Below are positions 10,851 through 22,070 of a stretch of 64,000 nt of DNA, one piece after another. The first letter of the stretch is position 1. Every line of letters starts with the position of its first letter. This DNA comes from an uncultured Clostridiaceae bacterium (GTDB lineage: Bacteria > Bacillota > Clostridia > JAAYHZ01): the NCBI GenBank assembly GCA_964547525.1, contig CAZJOD010000002.1, positions 2,404 to 66,403 of the forward strand, read 5' to 3'. The position numbers and the translations under genes were made by a program. Below the pieces are notes generated by a model, which did no database searches, was not told the origin of the DNA, and saw only the letters and a list, made by a program, of their open reading frames with translations.

Positions 10851-10936
10851 TAAAAAGTAGTTTTTAATACCCATATCGAGACATCGAGACCGGTATAGGC
10901 ATATAATTACGGGCATATAATTATAAGACAAAGATA

Positions 10937-10965
10937 TTGACTATTATTAAGAAATCGGTTATAAT
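10937..10965 (+). promoter_or_regulatory. sigma-A type promoter for tRNA-Leu
   Basis: TTGACT, 17-bp spacer, then TATAAT. The tRNA starts about 28 nt downstream. Confidence 0.6.
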
Positions 10966-10993
10966 ACATAAGCGTTATTAACCGTGTATTAAT

Positions 10994-11076
10994 GCGATCG
11001 TGGCGGAACAGGCAGACGCGCACGTTTGAGGGGCGTGTGGGAGACCGTATGGGTTCAAGTCCCATCGATCGCACCA
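10994..11076 (+). tRNA. tRNA-Leu (anticodon GAG), class II with long variable arm, CCA encoded
   Basis: 7-bp acceptor stem GCGATCG/CGATCGC. D-arm GTGGCGGAA..AGACGC closely matches E. coli/Bacillus tRNA-Leu. Anticodon stem CACGT/GCGTG with loop TTGAGGG (G37). T-arm ATGGG-TTCAAGT-CCCAT. Ends ACCA. Confidence 0.85.
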
Positions 11077-11086
11077 ATTTTTAAAG

Positions 11087-11120
11087 AAAGAGTCGTAAAG
11101 TTTGTTATGACTCTTTTACA
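11087..11120 (+). terminator. possible terminator hairpin after the tRNA
   Basis: AAAGAGTC...GACTCTTT 8-bp stem with a 14-nt loop. The U-tract is short. Confidence 0.35.
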
Positions 11121-11135
11121 TTATTTAATAAGATG

Positions 11136-11190
11136 CATTTTTAAAACTAATTTTAAAAATGTATACCGGCCCGAACACGCTACATGCGGA
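11136..11190. repeat. intergenic repeat element, copy 1 (AT-rich 11-bp-arm palindrome plus GC-rich tail)
   Basis: CATTTTTAAAActaaTTTTAAAAATGTAtaCCGGCCCG..ACGCTaCATGCGG. The same element recurs twice in tandem at 16316-16495. Confidence 0.7.
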
Positions 11191-11294
11191 TGCAGATCAT
11201 AGCCGTTCGTCTTTATATTTTTACAAAAAAATATAAACTGAGATGTGAATAATTTAGTAACAATCCGACTTTTATAAATATGAGAATTGATATT

Positions 11295-11325
11295 TTGACG
11301 TCTCTTTTTACATAAGATAATATTT
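11295..11325 (+). promoter_or_regulatory. sigma-A type promoter upstream of the 11338 ORF
   Basis: TTGACG, 17-bp spacer, then TAATAT. This leaves almost no leader before the 11338 ATG. Confidence 0.45.
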
Positions 11326-11337
11326 TCGTATAGTTTT

Positions 11338-11841
11338 ATGGTTTCTACAAACAATATGAATGAGAAAATATCTTTTGGAGATGATGGTATGAATTTTTAT
11401 TTACCTGCTACTAGTATAAGAGTATGGCTTCACACTAACGCTCAAATAAATGATTTGATATTCGAATCGATAATATCAAACATTAAATATTATATTGATA
11501 AAAGTGGAGATGAGATAACACAAAGGTTATTAGAATTGGATGAAGAATGGGATACAGAACGTGTGCTTGAGACAAGTGCTTCAGGACTTGTTATAACGGG
11601 AGCAATACTGGCGTTAACTTCTAAAAACAAATTATGGGCTCTATTATCTGCCGTTACAGGCGGGTTTTTACTACAGCACGCATTACAGGGGTGGTGTCCT
11701 CCGCTACCGTTTATAAGAAGATTAGGTGTACGTACTCAAACCGAAATAATGGCGGAAAAAACTTTACTGGAAGTATTAAAGGAAGATCCGCAAAAACTGG
11801 ATGAAGAGAGAATAAGAGAAATTGTAAGGAACATAATTTAA
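11338..11841 (+). CDS. DUF2892/YgaP-like membrane protein (start uncertain; the alternative ATG at 11389 has a GGAGA Shine-Dalgarno)
   Basis: C-terminal half has a hydrophobic helix followed by a GWCPPLPFIRRLG motif (GwCP signature of DUF2892). 167 aa. Confidence 0.5.
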   Translation: MVSTNNMNEKISFGDDGMNFYLPATSIRVWLHTNAQINDLIFESIISNIKYYIDKSGDEITQRLLELDEEWDTERVLETSASGLVITGAILALTSKNKLWALLSAVTGGFLLQHALQGWCPPLPFIRRLGVRTQTEIMAEKTLLEVLKEDPQKLDEERIREIVRNII

Positions 11842-11870
11842 ATATCAGGTATATTAATAAAATAAAACAA

Positions 11871-11916
11871 GGCTGTTTACGAGATTTATACCGTATAAAA
11901 CAGCCGTTTTTTTTTT
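11871..11916 (+). terminator. rho-independent terminator
   Basis: GGCTGTTT...AAACAGCC stem followed by an 11-nt T-run. Confidence 0.8.
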
Positions 11917-12073
11917 GAATATTTAAATTGTGCTTATTTTAATACAATTGTAAAAAAACACATCTTGTCCATATTAGACTTGTATTGTATAATAAGTCTA
12001 TTGCGAGTCGTTTTCATATAAAAAGGCGTAGATAACTATCTTATATTACATTATTTATTATGGAGGGTGGATT

Positions 12074-13699
12074 ATGTGTAAAACTAAGAGATTATTATTG
12101 GTATTGCTGGCATTTATCATAGCAACGTCAACTATGGTGAGACCTATGCCCGTTAAAGCGTTTATAAACGCACCTTCCAATATCAGGGTGGGACTTTTCT
12201 TTGTAAATGCATATCAAAATACTACAATTACAAGCTTCACAACTTCAGCTGCAGGAGGGATACAGGTTGGGGTTACAATAAGCGGACAATTTAACAGTTT
12301 GTATACTCATCAAGGAAGTGATAACCTTAGTGTATTTATGGACTCTCCGGGTTCTAAGTATTTTGTAAGATTAGGTCAGGTATACAGTGATAGGGGAACT
12401 GCATTAACCATGCTTGACAGGTACAAAGCAAACGGGATATCCGCATATTTGGTATATGACAATTCATGGCAGGTGTGGGCCGGTTGTTTTAATGATTCTG
12501 CGTCAGCGTCAAATGCGGCAAACGGAACATATGCATCCAAAACCGGTGGTCAACCTGTAGCAGTTGTAACTTCACCTGTTAGAAATTTACGTGTTACCAG
12601 AACAAATGGTGATGTTGTTGCGGTTCTTTTGTCTTGTTCAGGTAATTTTCAAGTTCATCCCAATGTTACCGGTACTATAGTTTACATAAACGGAAGAGGT
12701 TACAGAGGGTATTTAGAAGCGAGTAGGTATTCTGATTCAAACATTACGGTCGTTAATGTTGTCAAACTTGAAGATTATTTATATGGCGTGGTACCCAATG
12801 AAATAGAAGGTTTGTCACATCCGGAAGCTTTAAAGGCACAAGCTGTGGCAGCTAGAACGTATACTTTGTCACAATTGGGAAAACATATGAAATACGGATT
12901 TGATTTGTGTAATACCGATTGTTGTCAGGTTTACAAAGGTTTTAACAGTGAATATCCTACTACCAATGTGGCTGTAGACCAAACAAAAGGTCAGATTATA
13001 ACATACATGGGCGATTTGGCATCAATCTATTATTTTGCCGCAAGCGGTGGAATGACTGAAAATTCTGAAAATGTATGGTATGCTAAGGTTCCGTACTTGA
13101 CTGCCGTAGAAGATCCCTATGAATCCTCCTCATATTATTATGCAAATTGGAGTTATGAGTATACACCGGAGCAGTTAAGTAAAATGTTACGTGATAGAGG
13201 CTATGATATCGGTGATGTTTTAAATATAGAAGTAACCGATGTAACTATATCAGGACGAGCATATGAATTGGTTGTTACCGGAACAAAAGGAAAAGCGGTA
13301 TTTAACAAAGAAAAGACCAGGCAGTTTACATCACCGTCATTACCGAGTCAAAAATTTTACATACAAAATGATGCGGTTTTAACTGTTCAAAACGGTGATC
13401 AACAGATAATATCGGTTGATCCGTCATCATTAAGAATACAAACAGGTTTGTATTCTACTGCAACCGTAAATGCAAAGGTTTCGGGGTTGACTGTAGCGGA
13501 TTCGAATCTGTCATTGAAATATGTACATTTTAATTCAAGTCCTTCCACTTATGTTTTTATAGGGAGTGGTAAAGGGCATGGAGTCGGTATGGGGCAAGTA
13601 GGTGCAAAAGGAATGGCGGAAGCAGGATATAGTTATCGTGAGATTTTAGCACATTATTACCAAGGTACCGGTATTATGACTTTAAACAATATAGGTTAG
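12074..13699 (+). CDS. secreted SpoIID/LytB-domain protein (amidase enhancer family), 541 aa
   Basis: N-terminal signal peptide. EDYLYGVVPNEIEGLSHPEALKAQAVAARTYTL...CNTDCCQVYKG matches the SpoIID signature. TTGTCC-17-TATAAT promoter and GGAGGG Shine-Dalgarno upstream. Confidence 0.75.
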   Translation: MCKTKRLLLVLLAFIIATSTMVRPMPVKAFINAPSNIRVGLFFVNAYQNTTITSFTTSAAGGIQVGVTISGQFNSLYTHQGSDNLSVFMDSPGSKYFVRLGQVYSDRGTALTMLDRYKANGISAYLVYDNSWQVWAGCFNDSASASNAANGTYASKTGGQPVAVVTSPVRNLRVTRTNGDVVAVLLSCSGNFQVHPNVTGTIVYINGRGYRGYLEASRYSDSNITVVNVVKLEDYLYGVVPNEIEGLSHPEALKAQAVAARTYTLSQLGKHMKYGFDLCNTDCCQVYKGFNSEYPTTNVAVDQTKGQIITYMGDLASIYYFAASGGMTENSENVWYAKVPYLTAVEDPYESSSYYYANWSYEYTPEQLSKMLRDRGYDIGDVLNIEVTDVTISGRAYELVVTGTKGKAVFNKEKTRQFTSPSLPSQKFYIQNDAVLTVQNGDQQIISVDPSSLRIQTGLYSTATVNAKVSGLTVADSNLSLKYVHFNSSPSTYVFIGSGKGHGVGMGQVGAKGMAEAGYSYREILAHYYQGTGIMTLNNIG

Positions 13700-13711
13700 A
13701 AAAGGATTTTA

Positions 13712-14737
13712 ATGAAAAAAAGTGACTTTTATTATGAGTTACCTGATGGTTATGTAGCTCAAAAACCTGTAACACCCCGGGATCATTCAAAGCTAATGGT
13801 TCTGGACAGGGAAAAACAAACAATAGAACACAAAAAGTTTTTTGAGATAATTGAATATTTGCATAAGGGAGATTGTTTGGTTCTAAATGATACCAAGGTT
13901 ATTCCTGCAAGGTTATACGGACAAAGAGAGGATACCGGCGGCAAGATCGAATTTGTGCTTCTCAAAGAAATAGAAAAAAATAAATGGGAAGTATTATTAA
14001 AGCCTGGAAAAAGGGCTAAAATCGGGAGTAGATTCATATTTGGTGATGGAATGCTGATAGCCACCGTATTGGATATTGTGCAGGGTGGTAATCGTATTGT
14101 ATCTTTCGAATGCCAAGGGCTTTTAGAGAATGTTTTAGATAAGATAGGAAAACTTCCGTTACCACCTTATATTACATGCGAACCTGAAGATCAAAACCGG
14201 TATCAAACCGTTTATGCTGCTAACAGAGGCTCGGCCGCGGCACCTACCGCAGGGTTACATTTTACTCCGGAACTACTAGATAAAATAAGCAAAAATGGTA
14301 TAAACATAGTATATATTACATTGCATGTAGGGCTTGGTACATTTAGACCGGTTAAGACTGATAATATTGAAGAACATAAAATGCATTCTGAAACATTTAC
14401 AATTGATCAAAAGGCATGTGATATAATAAATAAAGCTAAAGCCGACGGTAGTAATATTATATGTGTAGGCACAACGAGCTGTAGAGTTTTGGAGTCATCT
14501 ACAGACCAAGAAGGAGTTATTCATGCATATTCGGGTAGTACCGACATTTTTATATATCCAGGATACAAATTTAAAATGGTGGATCGATTAATAACCAATT
14601 TTCATTTACCTGAATCAACCTTGTTAATGCTTGTTAGCGCTTTAGCGGGGAGAGATAAAATAATGTCCGCATATCAATCGGCAATAGACAATAATTATCG
14701 TTTTTTTAGCTTTGGAGATGCAATGTTTATATTATGA
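13712..14737 (+). CDS. queA: S-adenosylmethionine:tRNA ribosyltransferase-isomerase
   Basis: [34 protein letters not shown] is the QueA N-terminus. 341 aa. Confidence 0.92.
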   Translation: MKKSDFYYELPDGYVAQKPVTPRDHSKLMVLDREKQTIEHKKFFEIIEYLHKGDCLVLNDTKVIPARLYGQREDTGGKIEFVLLKEIEKNKWEVLLKPGKRAKIGSRFIFGDGMLIATVLDIVQGGNRIVSFECQGLLENVLDKIGKLPLPPYITCEPEDQNRYQTVYAANRGSAAAPTAGLHFTPELLDKISKNGINIVYITLHVGLGTFRPVKTDNIEEHKMHSETFTIDQKACDIINKAKADGSNIICVGTTSCRVLESSTDQEGVIHAYSGSTDIFIYPGYKFKMVDRLITNFHLPESTLLMLVSALAGRDKIMSAYQSAIDNNYRFFSFGDAMFIL

Positions 14738-14789
14738 TTCTACTGCACAAACTTTATTTTTGTGAAATCAAATATAGTAAAGGACATAG

Positions 14790-15923
<1,134 letters not shown>

Positions 15924-15960
15924 AAGCTGATTGAGTATTATATGAACGGAGGATATTAGA

Positions 15961-16308
15961 ATGAATCTTTTATTATTAAATAAGGTGTTGGCTGAAACAG
16001 CCGGTCAGCCGGCGGTAGAGGATGTCGGTATGGGAAGCTTATTGGCTACGTCCCTACTGCCATTTGCGTTAATTATAGGTATCATGTATTTGATGCTGAT
16101 CAGACCTCAGAAAAAGAAGGAAAAGGCGCTTAAAGAGTTGATAAGTAATATAAAGGTTGGAGACGAGATTACAACCATCGGTGGAATCATCGGTAAAGTA
16201 ATTAACGTAAGAGAAGATGAAGTCACGATAGAATCATCTATCGATAAAACAAAATTACAGATGAATAAATATGCTATTAAAGATGTAAAGCAGTATGAAA
16301 AAGCTTAA
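15961..16308 (+). CDS. yajC: preprotein translocase subunit YajC
   Basis: Single TM, then LIRPQKKKEKALKELISNIKVGDEITTIGGIIGKVINVREDEVTIE. GGAGG Shine-Dalgarno. Confidence 0.85.
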   Translation: MNLLLLNKVLAETAGQPAVEDVGMGSLLATSLLPFALIIGIMYLMLIRPQKKKEKALKELISNIKVGDEITTIGGIIGKVINVREDEVTIESSIDKTKLQMNKYAIKDVKQYEKA

Positions 16309-16315
16309 TAAATAA

Positions 16316-16495
16316 CTAAACAGGATACATTTTTAAAACTTGATTTTAAAAATGTACGCCGGCCCGGGGACGCTCAATGCGGCCACCGGGTCTAACTAAA
16401 TAGGATACATTTTTAAAACTTGATTTTAAAAATGTACGCCGACCCGGGGACGCTCAATGCGGCCGCCGGGTCTAACTAAACAGGATACATTTTTC
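16316..16495. repeat. tandem array (2.2 x 80 bp) of the same palindromic repeat element as at 11136
   Basis: Unit AGGATACATTTTTAAAACTTGATTTTAAAAATGTACGCCGGCCCGGGGACGCTCAATGCGGCCACCGGGTCTAACTAAA(T/C). The two full units differ at 3 positions. A third copy is truncated after ...CATTTTT. Confidence 0.8.
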
Positions 16496-16542
16496 TTTAT
16501 ACAGGTTAGATAAAAGGTATGATCAATATACATTCTATTCGG

Positions 16543-16977
16543 TTACTTCCGTATTTTAAGGGGGTTTTTGAAAAAAGTCCGATTTCGTATACCTTTTTTA
16601 TGCTCGAATCGATTTATTGCGATTAATCCCCCGATGGCACCCGCTGAGACACCTATAATAGCTAATATAAGTGTATTCAATCCCATTGAAAAGTCACTGT
16701 TTAATATGGAGCTTATAAAGTAAAGTATCATTATGTAAATTAAACCGCATAAGCTACCTTTAAAGGGATTTTTATTCTCACTGCTTACAACTGTAACATA
16801 GCCTGCAACAGGTATACTTATTATCAAGCCGATTAATGTAGCCGGATATATGTATTGGTTGGGAAAATCAAATGTAGACATTAAAACAGAAAATAGGACA
16901 TATACAATTATTATTGCAAGAACTCCGAATAACAACCCTTTTAAAACGGGCATAAAGAAATCTCTTATATTGTTCAT
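16543..16977 (-). CDS. hypothetical integral membrane protein (4 predicted TM segments)
   Basis: Start MNNIRDFF preceded by GTGAGGT Shine-Dalgarno. Hydrophobic throughout. No recognisable catalytic motif. Confidence 0.6.
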   Translation of the reverse strand: MNNIRDFFMPVLKGLLFGVLAIIIVYVLFSVLMSTFDFPNQYIYPATLIGLIISIPVAGYVTVVSSENKNPFKGSLCGLIYIMILYFISSILNSDFSMGLNTLILAIIGVSAGAIGGLIAINRFEHKKGIRNRTFFKNPLKIRK

Positions 16978-17188
16978 ATCATACCTCACAAATGTATTTT
17001 AGATTCTACGCAAAAGCTTTATTAAATTACAGTAAAATCATATTTATAATAATTAATATTGATATTAAAATGAAAATATTACATCTTTTATACTATTTAT
17101 TTTCATGGTAAATAAATTTGTTTTACGATATAATATAATTTGATTCTTACTGTAATAACTTTTTTTACTTTTAAAAGGCGGGCTGAAT

Positions 17189-18667
17189 ATGAAAAAATTT
17201 GTTTTGGCGTTAGATCAGGGAACAACCAGTTCCAGATCCTGCATATTCGATAAAACCGGTAAACCGGTTTCAATGGCTCAAAAAGAATACAGACAAATAT
17301 ATCCTAAACCGGGTTGGGTGGAACATGATCCTTACGATATATTGAATTCTCAATTAGAAACTGCTAAAGAAGTGGTTTTGAAGGCAGGTATAAGCTTTAA
17401 TCAAATTGCCGCCATAGGTATAACAAATCAAAGGGAAACTACTTTGGTATGGGATAAGGATACAGGGAAACCAGTATGTAATGCAATAGTATGGCAATGC
17501 AGACGCACAACCGATTTGTGTGGTCAATTGAAATCAGACGGTCTTTCATCTGTTATAAAAGCCAAAACCGGATTGGTTATTGACGCGTATTTTAGCGCTA
17601 CAAAATTAAGTTGGGTACTTGATAAAATTCCTTATGCCAAAGAGGCGGCTAAAAAAGGAAAACTACTATTTGGTACAGTTGATTCATGGTTATTATGGAA
17701 TCTTACTGCGGGTAAAAAACACTTAACCGATTATTCAAATGCATCAAGGACAATGATGTATGACATAAAAAAGCTGACTTGGGACAAAGATATCTTAAAA
17801 AGGTTGGATATACCCGAGTATATGCTTCCGTCGGTTTTTCCTTCATCGTATCCATACGGCTATACAGATCCCGGCTTGTTCGGCGTTTCAATTCCCATAT
17901 GCGGGGTGGCGGGAGACCAGCAGGCGTCATTATTCGGTCAGCAATGTTTTAACGAAGGTGCTATTAAAAACACATATGGAACAGGATGCTTTTTATTAAT
18001 GAATACCGGTACTACACCTGTTGAGTCACAAAAAGGTTTGATAACGACATTATGCGCGGGAGAAGGAATTCAATATGCGCTAGAAGGCAGCATATTCACT
18101 GCCGGAGCTGTAGTTCAATGGCTGAGGGATGAAATGAAATTGATACGTAGTGCCGATGAGAGTGAAAAAATGGCCATGAGCGTTCAAGATTCTAACGGGG
18201 TTGTGTTAGTCCCCGCATTTACAGGTCTAGGGGCACCATATTGGAATATGAATGCACGTGGAACATTATTGGGTATAACTCGGGGGGTAAATGCCAATCA
18301 CATTGTTCGTGCGGCTTTAGAATCGATAGCATGGCAATCTGTTGATGTCATAAATTTGATGTCCGAAGAAGCAGGGATATTTGTTCCGAGTATTAAGGTT
18401 GACGGTGGAGCCAGTTCAAATAACTTCCTAATGCAATTCCAAGCTGATGCGGCCGGGGTTACGGTTGAAAGGCCCTTCATAAGGGAGACGACAGCCTTAG
18501 GAGCGGCATATCTGGCAGGTTTGTGTGAAGGTTTTTATAGAAAATCGGATATATGTGCAGGATGGACACCTGAAGCGATCTTTAAACCGCAAAGATGCCC
18601 CGGTGAAATGGAGATTGAATATACAAGATGGAAAAAGGCCGTATTAAAGGCAATGGATTGGGTGTAG
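17189..18667 (+). CDS. glpK: glycerol kinase
   Basis: MKKFVLALDQGTTSSRSCIFDKTGK...ITNQRETTLVWDKDTGKP... 492 aa. Confidence 0.95.
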   Translation: MKKFVLALDQGTTSSRSCIFDKTGKPVSMAQKEYRQIYPKPGWVEHDPYDILNSQLETAKEVVLKAGISFNQIAAIGITNQRETTLVWDKDTGKPVCNAIVWQCRRTTDLCGQLKSDGLSSVIKAKTGLVIDAYFSATKLSWVLDKIPYAKEAAKKGKLLFGTVDSWLLWNLTAGKKHLTDYSNASRTMMYDIKKLTWDKDILKRLDIPEYMLPSVFPSSYPYGYTDPGLFGVSIPICGVAGDQQASLFGQQCFNEGAIKNTYGTGCFLLMNTGTTPVESQKGLITTLCAGEGIQYALEGSIFTAGAVVQWLRDEMKLIRSADESEKMAMSVQDSNGVVLVPAFTGLGAPYWNMNARGTLLGITRGVNANHIVRAALESIAWQSVDVINLMSEEAGIFVPSIKVDGGASSNNFLMQFQADAAGVTVERPFIRETTALGAAYLAGLCEGFYRKSDICAGWTPEAIFKPQRCPGEMEIEYTRWKKAVLKAMDWV

Positions 18668-18726
18668 TGTATAACAGGTATAGGTAACGTATTTTATTTT
18701 TATCATTTGTTTTGAAAGGTTTTTAT

Positions 18727-19413
18727 ATGTGTAAAAGAATGGGTTTGGTATTACTTACCATTATATTTATCATATGTGGAATATTGATTACGGCATCGAT
18801 TTCGTTGCGTATATACGCATATAATGTAAATTGGTATATGAGTAGGTTTGAAAGTTTAGATATAAACGCTCATACCGGTATAGATACAAAAGACTTAGAG
18901 ACGATAACCCGAAAAATTATTAACTATTTGAAAGAAAAAGAAGGAGACCTTGAAATTTCGGTTACGGTTCGAAATGAGTATAGAGAAGTCTTCAACCAAA
19001 GGGAAAAAAGTCACATGGTGGATGTCCGTAATCTGTTTTCGGCTTTAAATAAAATAACTGTTGCGGCATTGTTAATCTTTTTTCTTGTTTTTCTTGTATT
19101 TTATAAGTTCCGCTTAAAAAAACAAATGTTTATTTCTTTGATATTAATAGGTGCAATTCCTATTACTCTTCTGGTAATACTCGGTATTATATGTTTAATA
19201 GATTTTAACCATGCGTTTAATATATTTCATGAAATATTCTTTTCTAACGATTTGTGGTTGTTAGATCCCGGAAAGGATATTCTAATTCAGATGTTACCAC
19301 AACCTTTCTTTGAAAGTACCGCTCTGGCTTGGGCAATAACGGCTTGGGCCGTATATGTTATATTTTTAATTACAGGGGTAGTTTTTCTAAAAAAAATGAA
19401 AATTAGAAAATGA
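18727..19413 (+). CDS. integral membrane protein (resembles the Firmicute TIGR01906-type membrane protein family)
   Basis: N-terminal TM, soluble middle, C-terminal TM cluster. GAAAGG Shine-Dalgarno before the ATG at 18727. Confidence 0.55.
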   Translation: MCKRMGLVLLTIIFIICGILITASISLRIYAYNVNWYMSRFESLDINAHTGIDTKDLETITRKIINYLKEKEGDLEISVTVRNEYREVFNQREKSHMVDVRNLFSALNKITVAALLIFFLVFLVFYKFRLKKQMFISLILIGAIPITLLVILGIICLIDFNHAFNIFHEIFFSNDLWLLDPGKDILIQMLPQPFFESTALAWAITAWAVYVIFLITGVVFLKKMKIRK

Positions 19414-19558
19414 TTTAACAGTATGGGTGGAAGTATTGCTTATTCTATGGCAAAATGTGAATTTATATGTAGAAAGTAGGACATTGTTCCTTGCGTTACC
19501 AAAAGTACTCTTTTGCTAGTATGAAATTTAACAATTTGATTTTTAGCTTTATATGATA

Positions 19559-19587
19559 TTGACAATATCTCTGTTTGGGTTTATTAT
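19559..19587 (+). promoter_or_regulatory. sigma-A type promoter of hppA, giving a 5' leader of about 210 nt
   Basis: TTGACA, 17-bp spacer, then TATTAT. Confidence 0.55.
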
Positions 19588-19810
19588 AGCATGGGGTGGA
19601 TGGTTTTTTTATTTACCCTTTCGTATCTAATCGACCGTGCTGTATGAGCAATTTCTCAATGATAGCATATAATAGACTAATAATTATTGAGACTAATTTT
19701 TTTTATGCTTTTTTAATCTAGTCGGTAAAACAGATACGAAAGTATGGTATAACCGGCACAATTCATTAAAATTTACAGTTATTACATAACTGAAGTAGGA
19801 GGTTAAATTT

Positions 19811-21973
19811 ATGGCAGGTTTAATTATCGTCGCAGTTATTGCCGCATTGGCTTTCGCTTACTATAATTTCATTGCGGTTAAAAAACTGGACCCGGGTACC
19901 GGATTGATGCAAGAAGTTGCGGAAGCAATCCAAATCGGTGCAAAAGCATTTTTAATGCTTGAACTTAAAATAATTTTGAAAGTCAGTATCGCAGTACTTA
20001 TATTATTGACTATATTGGTCAAGTGGTATGTTGGGGTAGCCTTCCTCATCGGTGCGACAATGAGTGCTTTTGCGGCGTTTGTTGGAATGAAAATCGCTAC
20101 CATTGCAAATGTGCGCGTATCAAATACCGCTCGTGTTACCAAGAACTTGGGTAAGACGTTAAAAGTCGCTTTCCAAGGTGGTAGTGTAATGGGTTTATGT
20201 GTAGGTGGTTTCGCTCTTGCCGGACTGGGTATTATATTTTTAGTATTCGGTAAATTGATGGGACAAATTTCCCCCGAATCTTTAGTAATCCAAACAAACT
20301 GGATCGATGTAAGCTTTATTCCTTTTACAATGACTGTATCCGGTTATGCTTTGGGATGTTCGTTGATAGCTATGTTTAACCGTGTAGGCGGAGGTATTTA
20401 TACAAAAGCCGCCGATATGGGAGCGGATTTGGTTGGTAAAACCGAAGCTCACATACCGGAAGACGATCCTAGAAATCCTGCTACAATAGCCGATAACGTA
20501 GGTGATAACGTAGGTGATGTTGCCGGATTAGGTTCAGACCTTTTGGAAAGTTACGTTGGAGCTATCATTTCATGCATATGCTTGGCGTCATATATGTTTT
20601 TCCTTCAAGAAAAACCTGTTTCAGAAGCTTTCATTGGAAAATTGATTACATATCCATTGATATTTGTTGCTATAGGATTGATTTCATGTGTTATTGGTAT
20701 AGCTTCATTGATCTTCAAAAACGTATCTGATAAACCACATCGAGAATTAAACGGATCCACGATGATTTCGGCTGCATTTACCATTATCGGTAGTGGAGTG
20801 TTTACGTTTATATTTTTTAGAAATATGGATGTTACCGGTGCCGACTTTGCTATTGGAGCGTTGTCTCCGTGGCTATCTGCGGTTTTCGGAGTAATAAGCG
20901 GTATACTTATAGGTAGAGTTGCCGAATATTATACAAGTTATGATTTCAGTCCCACACAAAAGATAGCTCAATCTTCAGTCGAAGGTGCTGCATTGACTAT
21001 AACGGAAGGTTTGGGAATAGGTATGAAATCAACACTCATCCCTGTTGCAATTCTTGCGTTGACCACGATTATTTCTTACTATTTGGCGGGAATTTACGGT
21101 GTCGCAATGGCTGCAATAGGTATGTTGTCATTCGTTTCTGCGACTGTCTCGGTTGATACTTACGGACCTATTTCCGATAATGCCGGTGGTATTAGTGAAA
21201 TGTCAAAATTGGAACCTGAAGTAAGACATATTACGGATAAATTGGACTCTGTAGGTAATACAACAGCTGCTATCGGAAAAGGATTTGCCATAGGCTCCGC
21301 CGCATTAGCCGCTCTTTCACTGTTAACATCATATTTGCATTCACAAGTACCTGCTGAAGGTGCCGGCCACGGTCTCGGACTTTTATTGAATATAATTGAT
21401 CCTCTAACTTTGGCAGGAGCACTAATAGGTGGCGCGTTACCTTTCTTCTTCTCAGGCATGCTTATAGATGCGGTAGCAAAAGCCGCTAGAAAAATGGTAC
21501 GTGAAGTCAGAAGGCAGTTTAAAGAAATGCCGGGTATTTTAACAGGAGAAACAAAACCCGATTATAAGACATGTATAAGTATTTCATCTGCGGGAGCTTT
21601 ACGTGAGATGAGAGTTCCGGCCATTACAGCGGTTGCAACTCCATTGATAGGTGGGTTTATATTCGGTGCGGGATTCGTAGGAGGATTACTCATAGGCTGT
21701 ACATTGTCGGCTATTATGCTTGCATTATTTACCGCCAATGCCGGTGGTGCATGGGATAATGCAAAAAAATATATTGAATCCGGAAGTATCGAAGGCGAAG
21801 CTAAAGGTTCGGATGCACACTCTGCGGCTGTTATTGGTGATACCGTAGGTGATCCCCTTAAAGATACCGTAGGACCTTCTTTGGATATATTTATAAAAAT
21901 TATGTCGGTTGTTTCTTTAATCGGTGTAACTGTATTCGGAAGATATAACTTGTTTGATTTGTTTATGAAATAA
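19811..21973 (+). CDS. hppA: membrane-bound proton/sodium-translocating pyrophosphatase (V-type H+-PPase)
   Basis: 720 aa. Multi-TM. DNVGDNVGDVAG and GDTVGDPLKDT motifs. AGGAGG Shine-Dalgarno. Confidence 0.95.
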   Translation: MAGLIIVAVIAALAFAYYNFIAVKKLDPGTGLMQEVAEAIQIGAKAFLMLELKIILKVSIAVLILLTILVKWYVGVAFLIGATMSAFAAFVGMKIATIANVRVSNTARVTKNLGKTLKVAFQGGSVMGLCVGGFALAGLGIIFLVFGKLMGQISPESLVIQTNWIDVSFIPFTMTVSGYALGCSLIAMFNRVGGGIYTKAADMGADLVGKTEAHIPEDDPRNPATIADNVGDNVGDVAGLGSDLLESYVGAIISCICLASYMFFLQEKPVSEAFIGKLITYPLIFVAIGLISCVIGIASLIFKNVSDKPHRELNGSTMISAAFTIIGSGVFTFIFFRNMDVTGADFAIGALSPWLSAVFGVISGILIGRVAEYYTSYDFSPTQKIAQSSVEGAALTITEGLGIGMKSTLIPVAILALTTIISYYLAGIYGVAMAAIGMLSFVSATVSVDTYGPISDNAGGISEMSKLEPEVRHITDKLDSVGNTTAAIGKGFAIGSAALAALSLLTSYLHSQVPAEGAGHGLGLLLNIIDPLTLAGALIGGALPFFFSGMLIDAVAKAARKMVREVRRQFKEMPGILTGETKPDYKTCISISSAGALREMRVPAITAVATPLIGGFIFGAGFVGGLLIGCTLSAIMLALFTANAGGAWDNAKKYIESGSIEGEAKGSDAHSAAVIGDTVGDPLKDTVGPSLDIFIKIMSVVSLIGVTVFGRYNLFDLFMK

Positions 21974-22040
21974 ATATATTTAAGTGTTATACAATATAAT
22001 AAACATATATATAATAAAAAAATGAATGGATTGATTATAT

Positions 22041-22070
22041 AAGGGTTGCCAATGGCAACCCTTATTAATT
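22041..22070 (+). terminator. rho-independent terminator of hppA
   Basis: AAGGGTTGCCA/TGGCAACCCTT perfect 11-bp stem followed by an A/T-rich tail. Confidence 0.75.

Noticed and set aside
10994-11076. Considered tRNA-Sec or tRNA-Ser because of the long variable arm
   Set aside because: The only anticodon stem-loop with a 5-bp stem and 7-nt loop gives anticodon GAG with G37. The D-arm GTGGCGGAA...AGACGC is the tRNA-Leu hallmark. No UCA anticodon in loop context.
16316-16495. Considered a CRISPR array
   Set aside because: The 80-bp units are contiguous with no unique spacers. No cas genes. It is a tandem repeat rather than CRISPR.
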